Shown piece by piece: positions 38,872-48,053 of a stretch of 64,000 nucleotides of DNA. How positions within the stretch are numbered: position 1 is the first letter of the stretch; each line of letters opens with the position of its first letter. The notes under the pieces are model-generated. The model did not search any database. It saw only the letters and a program-made list of their open reading frames with translations, and had not been told where the DNA came from. Origin of the DNA: Veleropilina oligotropha (lineage: Eukaryota); assembly GCA_048128005.1 (NCBI GenBank), contig JBEUKZ010000009.1:62001-126000 (forward strand), read 5' to 3'. Both the position numbers and the translations under genes were made by a program.

Positions 38872-39062
38872 TCGATGTTGTGTTGCCAAAAGTTGCTGGT
38901 CCCTCACTCGATGTTGTGTTGCCAACAGTTGCTGGTCCCTCACTCGATGTTGTGTTGCCAACAGTTGCTGGTCCCTCACTCGATGTTGTGTTGCCAACAG
39001 TTGCTGGTCCCTCACTCGATGTTGTGTTGCCAACAGTTGCTGGTCCCTCACTCGATGTTGTG
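38872..39062. repeat. 36-bp minisatellite, about 5 units
   Basis: (TCGATGTTGTGTTGCCAACAGTTGCTGGTCCCTCAC)n. Confidence 0.95.
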
Positions 39063-39540
39063 GCACATCATATGCTGCGATGATTGTTGATTCACAGGAT
39101 CAACATAATCACTAAATGTTGTATTTCGTCAAGTCTAAAATGACCATGTTTTGTTATTATTATAGTAACTTTATATACCGTTTGTTGTAACAAGAACATT
39201 GTGCACTGTATATGATCATTTTTCACCTGGTCGCTATTTGCAGTTGATGTTTATTCTTGATTCTTGTCACCTGAATGCGATATAATATGATGCTTAGTTT
39301 TGCCTTTAATTTGTAGCTAGTTTTATTTGTTTCTGAATGGCTTTTTATTTATTGCATGATTGATGTTGATCAGCTAGATATTAGTGGCAATTGGTTAAAA
39401 TATGTGGAATAATTATTGGTAATTTTATGAAGCTGCACCTGAAGGGTGATGTAACATATATATTGTGTCTTTTTTAAGTGGATTTACTCTTGAACACACA
39501 AAATTGGTAGCATTTTATAACTAAACCTGTATAAACTATA

Positions 39541-39701
39541 ATATAGGGATTGAACTGCAGTTTGTTGTGTTTATGCTGGTATGAACGCAAGCAGCAATTA
39601 CATCTACTATGGAGCGCTAACACGCTCCATTTAGAATATGTCATTGCTGCTTGCGTTCATACCAGCATAAACGCAACCAAACTTCAGTTCAATCCTTATA
39701 T
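39541..39701. mobile_element. Palindromic MITE-like hairpin (~160 bp)
   Basis: ATATAGGGATTGAACTG..ATGCTGGTATGAACGCAAGCAGCAAT and its near-perfect inverse. Confidence 0.8.
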
Positions 39702-40752
39702 TTACATTAGTTTTTAACCACAATCCCGTAAAAATAAACATAATATATAGTTACAAACATACTTACGTCCTTACTCTTGCTAGCCATAATAGTAATATTA
39801 TTGCTAACCGGAAACAGTGAATAAGTCACATTATGCACTATTAATAAGTCAAAGACGCAAAAACGTACCACGGTTACCTCCCCTGCTCCACCTCCCCTAC
39901 GTTCCCCCGCGAGACCTCGCCAAGTCTCGCGAGACTTCTGAACCATAGAAGTCACATGACATCAATTCAAAGTTTTCCGCTGCCGCGGAAAGACGTTGTT
40001 TTGCTCCGCAAATATTTCGAAATAGGCGCCCGATTTCATGTTAAATCTGGGCGCAGTATTCTACTTATATCGATTATAAGTAGTGGAATATAACCCTGTG
40101 TTGTGGATACAAGACACAAGTGAATATAAGAAGAGTGATTCTCAAAACTTCGAGGAAGTTCTGGACATCAAGTGAAACCGACATCGTCGTCAAGGACGCC
40201 GTGGCTGTTAAAAATGGCCGCTTAGAGGGAAAGTTTCGAGTGTAGCTGAAATTTCTGGTCGGTATATTTATCTGATATTGTTTGAGACTGCAAACAGGTA
40301 ACTCATTATATTGGATAATTCCTTAACAACGCTATTTGCTGGTTATTTATTATTATATAAAAATTTCTAGCGTTGTTAAAAGGCAGGATCTTTTGATATC
40401 ACGCTTGCGTTTTTTCTGATATCCTGCCGTTGCTGGGATAATACGCCATTGTACTAACATAAAAACATCCACGAGGTTTTCAGGTGTTTTCTGGGCGGTT
40501 TTTTCGAGGAAAGAACCACCGTTTGTTTTAGTCAATTTGCCGGGTTACCGGGTCGGTCGGGTAAAATACCCGACCTCGGTGTTCCCAGTTCGGGGTTTTA
40601 TAACGGTATATCGCTTGATCTTTGATCTTCAGATCAGGACAATTCTGTGAGTTGTCGTAGTACTCCCTCCATAGGAAAGAAGTCACAACTACCATATATA
40701 TACCTATTTACATACCCCGTCTACCCATGTCCACCCTCCCGTGTATTTAGCT

Positions 40753-42986
40753 ATGGTCCGGTGCAGTAGCTCCGGGTGTAACCAGAAAATTCACGGATTT
40801 GATAGGCACAAGGAATGTCGTATTCACCGTAGCTGTAGTATACAACATCAATGTGATCTGTGCTTTCTTCTATCAGATAAGCAGTGGGCAGTCCTGTCTC
40901 ACCAGGGTAAGTCGACCAGGGCGGCTACCACGGTGGGTCCTCCCCCGGAGAAGGGTCAGGAAGAGACCGGTAAGTTACATAATGTTTCTTCATTGTCTGC
41001 TTCAGGGACGCTGGACGACAGCCGACACAAGGGGACGTCTGTCGCCGGATCCACCGGCGAAACCTCCGCGACTCTTCGGGGAGTCACCGAAACCTTGCCG
41101 GTACCCCAGATTCAGGTAAAGACCCGAGTGTCGACCGTTCCTCCTCAACTGGGCCTAGTAACTGCAGTCAGCCATACCTTGCCGGCTAGCAAGGTATACA
41201 TGACAGCGCAGCGAACAGCTGAACAGGGCAGACCATCCCCATCCTTTTCTTCGGCCTCGAAGAATAAGGGGACAGTTAGTCCTTCTGCGGGAAACTCTCC
41301 GTCTAGCGACGGGGACAGACCCAATGCAGAGAAAGCCTTTAAAGAGGCCGGGCACCTACTTGTAGGTCTAAGACTCGGACAATCGGCGAAACCTGAATCC
41401 TCGGTCGAGAACGATGCGACTACCCCTAGGGGTTTTCCGCTCAACCTCGAAGCTCACGAGACATTCAGAGGGCCCGGTCTCTCCCGTGCACCCACCGTGG
41501 TCACGCTAGAGAACGTGGACAGACCGGCTGCGTTCGGGACGGGGTTCTACGGCGGTTTTCCGTCCGTGCCTCGCTCGAACAGAGTGGTAGACCGATCAGA
41601 ACTGTTGCCGCAGTCCTATCGGTCGTCCGGCCCACTGACTGTGCCTTCGGGCCAGTCCTTCGGGTTCGACCCCTCGACAAGTGCCCGTGGACCCTGGTCC
41701 TCGGTACCACCTGTCCGTGCAGCCCGTCTACCTAGCGCCACGGTTACCTCGACAGAACTACCGGCTGTTAGTTCGTCGCCCGTCCTGCCTTCGGGTTTCT
41801 CTTTTGAGAACGTCCAGGCATGGATCGCGGCGGGGATCGAGGAACGGTGTAAGGCCTGGCCGACGGCTCCCGAGCCGCACCAGGTACCTACACATCTGCC
41901 CATGGCGCAGAGCACGGCTCCTGCCTCAGTGATGGACATCGACCCTCGTTCCGACGAGGACCTCGGTTCCAATCACACCGACCTCCCTGAATCGGTCGGG
42001 CCCGAAGACATTAGTCTTACAGGCACGCAGGAGCCGACCTCCTCCACCCGCCGAAGGCTCGACGCCGTTGCGTCACTTCGCGGGGTGCTTGGCTTGTCGG
42101 AACCGACTCGGTCGGCTGTAGACGTAGCCAAGCATAGGACGGCAGCACATCGGTTTGTTAGTAGGGAAGCCCCCGAGCTCCCCTCCTTACCTCAGTCCGG
42201 GCTGGTAGATCTGGTTGTAGACTCGATCACCAAGCTCGTTCAGGGGCGCAATCCGGTGGAGTCCTCCCCGCTGAACGAGTTCCCTTCGGGGTTCCGTAGT
42301 GGGAGGTACCTCCGGGCCCGTTCGAATGCACTGGTCCGTGCCTGGCGACTGAGCCGGCTCGTGTTGACGCTTCGTTGCGTCGACTGACCGCCAGTCGCAC
42401 TCCCTCCGTAGCGAAAGTTCCTTGGTCCGCCTTGGAAGCTTTCGAGAGCGCCGCCCGACGGGCTCTACGGCTATCGTCTGTTCAGGACTTTTTCTTGGAC
42501 GGCGCGATAGCCGTACTACAGGAGAATGGACCCGGCGCCCCCGAGGCTGCCCTGTCCTTCCTCCAGGAGGTTGCTGCCGCGCAGGAGACCAGCGCGTTGG
42601 AGACGGGACGTGTCCTGGGCAATGCCCTCCTACTTCGTAGGGATGCTTGCCTGGAAGGTACCCCGCTGGACGAGCCCACCCGGCGCTCGTTGCGATGCGT
42701 ACCTTGCTCGGCCACCACTCTCTTTGGTGACAACTTTTCGGAGTTCGTTGACAAGAGAGCGGCGGACATGAAGGACCGTGCCATCGAGAAGGCAGTACTG
42801 CTCCCCACCCGGGGTCCACCTGCCAACTCGAAGAAGCGCTCCGGGCCCACCCCGGCCCCGAAGCCTTCTAAGCGTGCGAAGCCCTCTTCGGGTGGTAGGC
42901 CTCCGGCCAATAAACCCACTCCAAAGAGGCAAGCACCTCCAGCGAAATCCCGCAAGCAGAGCGGGAGAGGGAAGCCTCGGCCCTAG
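40753..42986 (+). pseudogene. DIRS gag-like ORF1 with 16-bp frameshifting deletion near 42318
   Basis: AGTACTCGAGCGATCC is present in copy A1 and missing here, with CC microhomology. Confidence 0.88.
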
Positions 42987-45060
42987 GGCTGCCGGCATTC
43001 GCGACGGCCCCAGTTGCCCGCTCCCGCCGGTGGGAGCGTGCCTGTTAGCACACAGCCAGCCCTGGCTAGAGCTGACAGACAGCAACTGGGTCCACTTAGT
43101 CGTGAGTGCCGGATACAAGTTGGCATTCAACCGGCACCCGACCTTAACCGAGGCACCACCAACAAGACACGCTCGCCTCCTAAACGGAGAGAAACAAGCG
43201 GTCTTAGACCAGGCAGTGCGGGATTTGCTCCTAAAAAGAGCGATATATCCCGCGCCGCCCAGCACACCAGGATTTTACAGCCATTTCTTCCTGGTCCCGA
43301 AACCCGATGGCCGCTGGAGACCGATCCTCGATCTCTCGTACCTAAACAGATATCTTCGTACCGAGAAATTCCAGCAAGAAACCCTCTCGAAGATTCGAGC
43401 GGCCATCCGTCCGGGCGACTGGGCAGCGTCTATCGATCTCGCCGACGCGTATCTGCATGTCCCGATGCATGTCGCGGCTCATCAGTACCTTCGGTTTATA
43501 CACGGGGAGACGATCTACCAATTCAGGTGCCTACCGTTCGGTCTATCGTCAGCCCCGTACGTCTTCACGAGAACAGTACAGGCCCTAGGGGCCTTCCTAC
43601 ACTCTCTAGGGCACAGGGTACATATGTACCTCGACGACTGGCTGATCCTCGGGGCGTCCCGGGATCTGTGCCTCCGGTCTACGAGCTTTACCCTGTCATC
43701 GACGAAGCGCCTGGGATTTCAGATCAACGAGACAAAATCCTGCTTCGTGCCCTCGACGACGTTTACGTTCCTCGGAGTCGACTTCGATACGGTCCGGTAC
43801 ACCGCGAAGCCGACCCAGAAGCGTATGCGGAACCTACGCGCGGTTATCCAAGACACCCTGTCATCGGACATAACTACGGCGCGACAACTGGCCACTGTCC
43901 TGGGGCACATCGAGTCGGTAGCGCCCCTGCTACCGACGGGTCGCATGGACAAAAGACCGTTACAACAGGCGTTCAGGGATCGCTGGATACAACGGACGGG
44001 GCAGTGGACGGATCGCATCGATCTACGGCATTGGTTTACCGACACGACAGCAGTGTGGTTGAACCCCGCTTTGCCGGACCAGTCTGTTCCTATATCCCCA
44101 CCAGAGCCGAACGCTTACCTGTTCACAGACGCTTCGAACGACGGCTGGGGTGGTCACCTCGACAGTTACGAGACATCAGGCCTATGGCCGACAGACCTTC
44201 AGGGACGACATATCAACTTCCTAGAGTTAGAAGCCGTCTACCTGTCAGTACGGTCCCTCTCGTTACATCTCCGCAACAAGCACATAATGCTCGCCACGGA
44301 CAACACGACTGTCGTCGCTTACATACAGCACCAGGGCGGTACTCGCTCGCGTCCCCTATGCGACCGAGCAATAGACCTACACCGCTTAGTGATGTCCGTC
44401 AACTCGACGATTCGAGCCCGACACATCCCGGGAAAGCTGAATGTCAGAGCGGATTCGCTCTCTCGGAGATCACAGATAATACACACAGAGTGGACGCTAC
44501 ACAGCCGAGTAGCTCGGGATGTTTGCCGCCGGTGGTCGCAACCCCAAGTCGATTTGTTTGCAACAGAATTCAATTACCGACTACCTCTGTATGTCTCCCC
44601 GTACCCAGACCCGGCCGCCCTAGCGGTCGACGCACTGTCAATGACATGGGAGAATCTGTCCGCGTATGCCTTCCCCCCGACGTGCATTCTATCACTGGTA
44701 TTACAGAAGGCAGCGACCGAACGTTGCGAGATAACGCTAATAGCGCCCCTGTATCGCACGCAACCTTGGTTTCCGACCCTCCTCGATCTGATCGTCGATC
44801 GACCGTTAGCGTTACCGCAGAAACTAGACCTGTTAATGCAACCACGCACCCGTGTACTCCACGAGTCGCCGAACCACTTACGTTTACACGCCTGGCGGTT
44901 ATCGAACGATCCCTTGCTAAGAAAGGATTTTCTAAAGCTACAGCCTTACGTATCTATCGATCGAGAAGGATTTCCACGACAAAAGTCTATGACTACCGAT
45001 GGGTTAAGTACGTGGATTGGTGTCACAGCAGGCAGGTCAATATACTCCGTCCCCCTGTGA
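42985..45060 (+). CDS. DIRS pol: reverse transcriptase, RNase H, Dam-like methyltransferase domain (intact; no usable ATG)
   Basis: PVGACL, WRPILDL, LPFGLSSAP, YLDD, FTDAS, TDN, VDLFAT, YAFPP. First ATG (43465) lies inside the RT domain. Confidence 0.93.
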   Translation, partial: RAAGIRDGPSCPLPPVGACLLAHSQPWLELTDSNWVHLVVSAGYKLAFNRHPTLTEAPPTRHARLLNGEKQAVLDQAVRDLLLKRAIYPAPPSTPGFYSHFFLVPKPDGRWRPILDLSYLNRYLRTEKFQQETLSKIRAAIRPGDWAASIDLADAYLHVPMHVAAHQYLRFIHGETIYQFRCLPFGLSSAPYVFTRTVQALGAFLHSLGHRVHMYLDDWLILGASRDLCLRSTSFTLSSTKRLGFQINETKSCFVPSTTFTFLGVDFDTVRYTAKPTQKRMRNLRAVIQDTLSSDITTARQLATVLGHIESVAPLLPTGRMDKRPLQQAFRDRWIQRTGQWTDRIDLRHWFTDTTAVWLNPALPDQSVPISPPEPNAYLFTDASNDGWGGHLDSYETSGLWPTDLQGRHINFLELEAVYLSVRSLSLHLRNKHIMLATDNTTVVAYIQHQGGTRSRPLCDRAIDLHRLVMSVNSTIRARHIPGKLNVRADSLSRRSQIIHTEWTLHSRVARDVCRRWSQPQVDLFATEFNYRLPLYVSPYPDPAALAVDALSMTWENLSAYAFPPTCILSLVLQKAATERCEITLIAPLYRTQPWFPTLLDLIVDRPLALPQKLDLLMQPRTRVLHESPNHLRLHAWRLSNDPLLRKDFLKLQPYVSIDREGFPRQKSMTTDGLSTWIGVTAGRSIYSVPL

Positions 45061-45971
45061 ACAAGTTTATCGAGTTTTTATCGTCGCTCTTCGACCGCGG
45101 TATGTCAGTGTCCGCCGTCATAGGCTATCGGGCAACGATCGCGACCACGCTAAAGCAGTGTCGTGCCCATGCTGGCCTATCAAGCGACCGAACGATATCA
45201 GATTTTATACGATCTTACGAACTCGAGATACCGACCCGAAAAATTAAGCCACCTGCTTGGAATATCGTACTTATTCTTAACGCATTACTCTTACCCCCGT
45301 ATGAGCCGATGTCCGAGATAACCATGAGGAACTTGACGCACAAAACGGTTTTTCTGATCGCCTTAGCGTCGGGCAGGCGTTGTTCCGAGATTCATGCTTT
45401 CTCCTCCGAGCTAAGAGATATACGATTCCAGTCAGACGGGTCGGTGATACTGCGTCCTATTCTTGGCTTTCTAGCCAAGAACCAACGGCCGAACGAGGAC
45501 GCACCCGATGTTGTTATTCCCAAGCTAACGCTAGTCGGAAGGCACGATGCAGACCGCCTCAATTGCCCGGTACGGGCGCTTCGCTTCTACCTCGACAGAA
45601 CCCGTGAAATGCGGACAGGGAAATTACGTTTATTCATATCGTATTTACCTACTTACACCCGCGACATTACGAGGACAACTGTTTCGCGGTGGATTTCACA
45701 AACTGTGAGAGATGTTTACATCCGTTGTGATGACGACGACCGAACTATTTTATCGGTCCGCGCACATGAAGTCCGGGCAATTGCCGCGTCTGTAGCATTC
45801 CGACATAATTTAAATATCAATGCGTTACTTCAGGCTGGATATTGGAAAAACGCTAATGTGTTTGTCAAACATTATCTGCGGGACTACTCAACAAGTGCTG
45901 ATGGCTTGAGCAGCTTACAGTGTGTTGCTGCACAAAGAGTTATTGTTAGACCGAGGTCTTCTAATCAGTAA
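42987..45971 (+). CDS. DIRS ORF3: overlapping extension plus tyrosine recombinase (intact)
   Basis: Open from the codon after the gag TAG. R-K-H-R-W-Y catalytic set. First ATG at 44184. Confidence 0.9.
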   Translation, partial: GCRHSRRPQLPAPAGGSVPVSTQPALARADRQQLGPLSRECRIQVGIQPAPDLNRGTTNKTRSPPKRRETSGLRPGSAGFAPKKSDISRAAQHTRILQPFLPGPETRWPLETDPRSLVPKQISSYREIPARNPLEDSSGHPSGRLGSVYRSRRRVSACPDACRGSSVPSVYTRGDDLPIQVPTVRSIVSPVRLHENSTGPRGLPTLSRAQGTYVPRRLADPRGVPGSVPPVYELYPVIDEAPGISDQRDKILLRALDDVYVPRSRLRYGPVHREADPEAYAEPTRGYPRHPVIGHNYGATTGHCPGAHRVGSAPATDGSHGQKTVTTGVQGSLDTTDGAVDGSHRSTALVYRHDSSVVEPRFAGPVCSYIPTRAERLPVHRRFERRLGWSPRQLRDIRPMADRPSGTTYQLPRVRSRLPVSTVPLVTSPQQAHNARHGQHDCRRLHTAPGRYSLASPMRPSNRPTPLSDVRQLDDSSPTHPGKAECQSGFALSEITDNTHRVDATQPSSSGCLPPVVATPSRFVCNRIQLPTTSVCLPVPRPGRPSGRRTVNDMGESVRVCLPPDVHSITGITEGSDRTLRDNANSAPVSHATLVSDPPRSDRRSTVSVTAETRPVNATTHPCTPRVAEPLTFTRLAVIERSLAKKGFSKATALRIYRSRRISTTKVYDYRWVKYVDWCHSRQVNILRPPVNKFIEFLSSLFDRGMSVSAVIGYRATIATTLKQCRAHAGLSSDRTISDFIRSYELEIPTRKIKPPAWNIVLILNALLLPPYEPMSEITMRNLTHKTVFLIALASGRRCSEIHAFSSELRDIRFQSDGSVILRPILGFLAKNQRPNEDAPDVVIPKLTLVGRHDADRLNCPVRALRFYLDRTREMRTGKLRLFISYLPTYTRDITRTTVSRWISQTVRDVYIRCDDDDRTILSVRAHEVRAIAASVAFRHNLNINALLQAGYWKNANVFVKHYLRDYSTSADGLSSLQCVAAQRVIVRPRSSNQ

Positions 45972-46442
45972 GTATTGTTCTCTGATTGATCATTTGCATA
46001 TTTACTGACGCCATTTTATTTTTGTTGGCCAAACGGTGCTATGAAATTAACACCTATGAGGCAGTTCAATGTCTGTTCATTTCTTAAATCTATTTTAAGA
46101 TTTTGTACTTTTCATGTCAGACCTGAGTGTTGACAGCCAGATTACATTGAATTTAATAAAACAACTTTTATAATTTTGCACAAATCTTAAAAAAGATTGA
46201 GGTTCAATATTATTATGTTCTTTGCTGTAATCGAACATACGATGTTCAATACATTGAAAAATTTTTGATCCTTAACATTTAATTTTTAAGTAACATGTCG
46301 AACATTTTTGCTTCCTTAAAATTTTATTTTAAGTGACATGTCGTCCATGTTAGCGTTCGCAAGTTGGTCATGCGAATTACTTATTAATATCGATTATTTA
46401 TAATAATCTATTAATTCTTTGCTTTTGATTTAAAGCTTTCAC

Positions 46443-46748
46443 AACCTGTTAGGTTCCGTGTGCTTACAAATCCGACTGCATCCTCTGGCTACCGGCCTAT
46501 AGGCCCGGAGTCCCATTTGGCTGCCACTGGTCCATGACACGTAAGACCTACAGGGATTTATCCTTCCGGCCGTGCCTGGGGCTGATTGCACTTCCGTTCA
46601 CCTCGTCCGACTAATACCACGGCGTATTCTCCCGGTAACACTGGTCGAAATTCTCGCTTGGTAAGAGTAGAATATAATACTCAGTAAAATTCCACTCTAG
46701 GCGGACACAATCGACGCTTCATGCTGATTGAATTGGTGACAAGTAAGT
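46443..46748 (+). ncRNA. Candidate conserved structured RNA/ssDNA element in the DIRS 3' region (family A)
   Basis: GC-rich island after an AT-rich spacer. Compensatory stems versus 28707-29017. Confidence 0.5.
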
Positions 46749-46808
46749 CATTATCTTGTTTGGGTTTGTTGTAAGGAACGTCTTACCCACCTATCCAAGG
46801 TTATTCTG

Positions 46809-46897
46809 GCAAGAGTAAGGACGTAAGTATGTTTGTAACTATATATGAGGTTTTAATGTAAACCTAATATTAGTATAAAACATACTTACGTCCTTAC
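46809..46897 (+). repeat. DIRS internal complementary region (ICR), family A
   Basis: Reverse complement of 39743-39780 fused to reverse complement of ~47159-47211. Confidence 0.95.
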
Positions 46898-47686
46898 CAC
46901 GATTACCCACCCTGCGTTTCGCATTCCTCCCCTCTACTACGTTCCTTTGTGGTTTTTGAACTTTGAATTGATGTCATGTGACTTCTATGGTTCAGAAGTC
47001 TCGCGAGACTTGGCGAGGTCTCGCGGGGGAACGTAGGGGAGGTGGAGCAGGGGAGGTAACCGTGGTACGTTTTTGCGTCTTTTACTTATTAATAGTGCAT
47101 AATGTGACTTATTCACTGTTTCCGGTTAGCAATAATATTACTATTATGGCTAGCAAGAGTAAGGACGTAAGTATGTTTTATACTAATATTAGGTTTACAT
47201 TAAAACCTCATTTTTAGTTTATGATGTAGTTATTATTGTATATCGTCAGGTAACGTCCAATTAACAGAACAGCCTTTCCATTGAGCCAAAAAATAGTTCC
47301 TGTAAGGATTTCATTCTGTGTTAAAATAATGAACAATATTGTTAAATTCAATTGATAAATTTATTTAACATTAAATATATAATGTAAATTTTACATTAGA
47401 GACAAATTTTTTTATGTATAACAAGAAACATAGTGCGATATTACTACGCCTAGCCCATTTTGTCTATTGCGTTCATAGTAGTATGAACGCAATGAAACTG
47501 TAGTGAGATAAATAGCAGACGATGTAAATATACCGTAATATTTCATCTTTGCAAACTAAATAAAATGATTTATTACATCGTACATATTTCAAAGTGTTTT
47601 TTTATAGAAGCATTTTATGACGTAGATGTGCGTCTTTGTAATTTTTTATTTAAAGCGTTAAATTAATATGAATGATTATATTTCAG

Positions 47687-47737
47687 ATCGTTTGGGAGAT
47701 GACACGGCTGGGTTGGAAAATGAACCTGACAGAAGCA
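47687..47737 (+). CDS. LRP11: LRP11-like exon 5 (51 bp)
   Basis: TTTCAG acceptor, A|GTATGT donor, open phase 1-1 (DRLGDDTAGLENEPDRS). Confidence 0.65.
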
Positions 47738-48053
47738 GTATGTATTTTGCATTAAAATAACGTGCTATTTAACAGTTTAAACTCCACCATCGCAAGTTTG
47801 CAACACCCCTTCCAATAATATTTAAAAAATCGGCACTTAAGGGTTAATCTGTCATGTAACAGTATGTGTAAACAAACTATTGATCCACTTGCGATGAACA
47901 ATTACCAATTCAGCAAAGTTAACTAGATGCAAATTATATCAAATTACCTAAATGCCATAACAGTCATAATGTAATGTACTCGCGTAGTGTCTCTTTTTAA
48001 AACGATTCAAGGTAATATCACAACATGTCCATATTATCGCACGAGGTAAGCGT

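Larger units (their letters stand above)
39743..47211 (+). mobile_element. Full-length DIRS1-like retrotransposon, family A, copy A3
   Basis: ~220-bp ITRs (39755-39974 / 46959-47178), right-end extension to 47211, ICR 46809-46897, no TSD (shared AT only). Confidence 0.97.

Noticed and set aside
42187..44849. Antisense ORFs of 80-210 aa within DIRS copies
   Set aside because: Expected in GC-rich dual-coding DNA; no recognisable domains.
45964..45978. GTAAGT donor overlapping the YR stop codon
   Set aside because: Present in family A only; family B has GTGAAT.
46600..46710. Group I intron (GACTA), hammerhead (GAAA; CTGAGTA on minus) or HDV-like assignment of the 3' structure
   Set aside because: Partner motifs (S element, CUGANGA, nested double pseudoknot) are not conserved between the two families.
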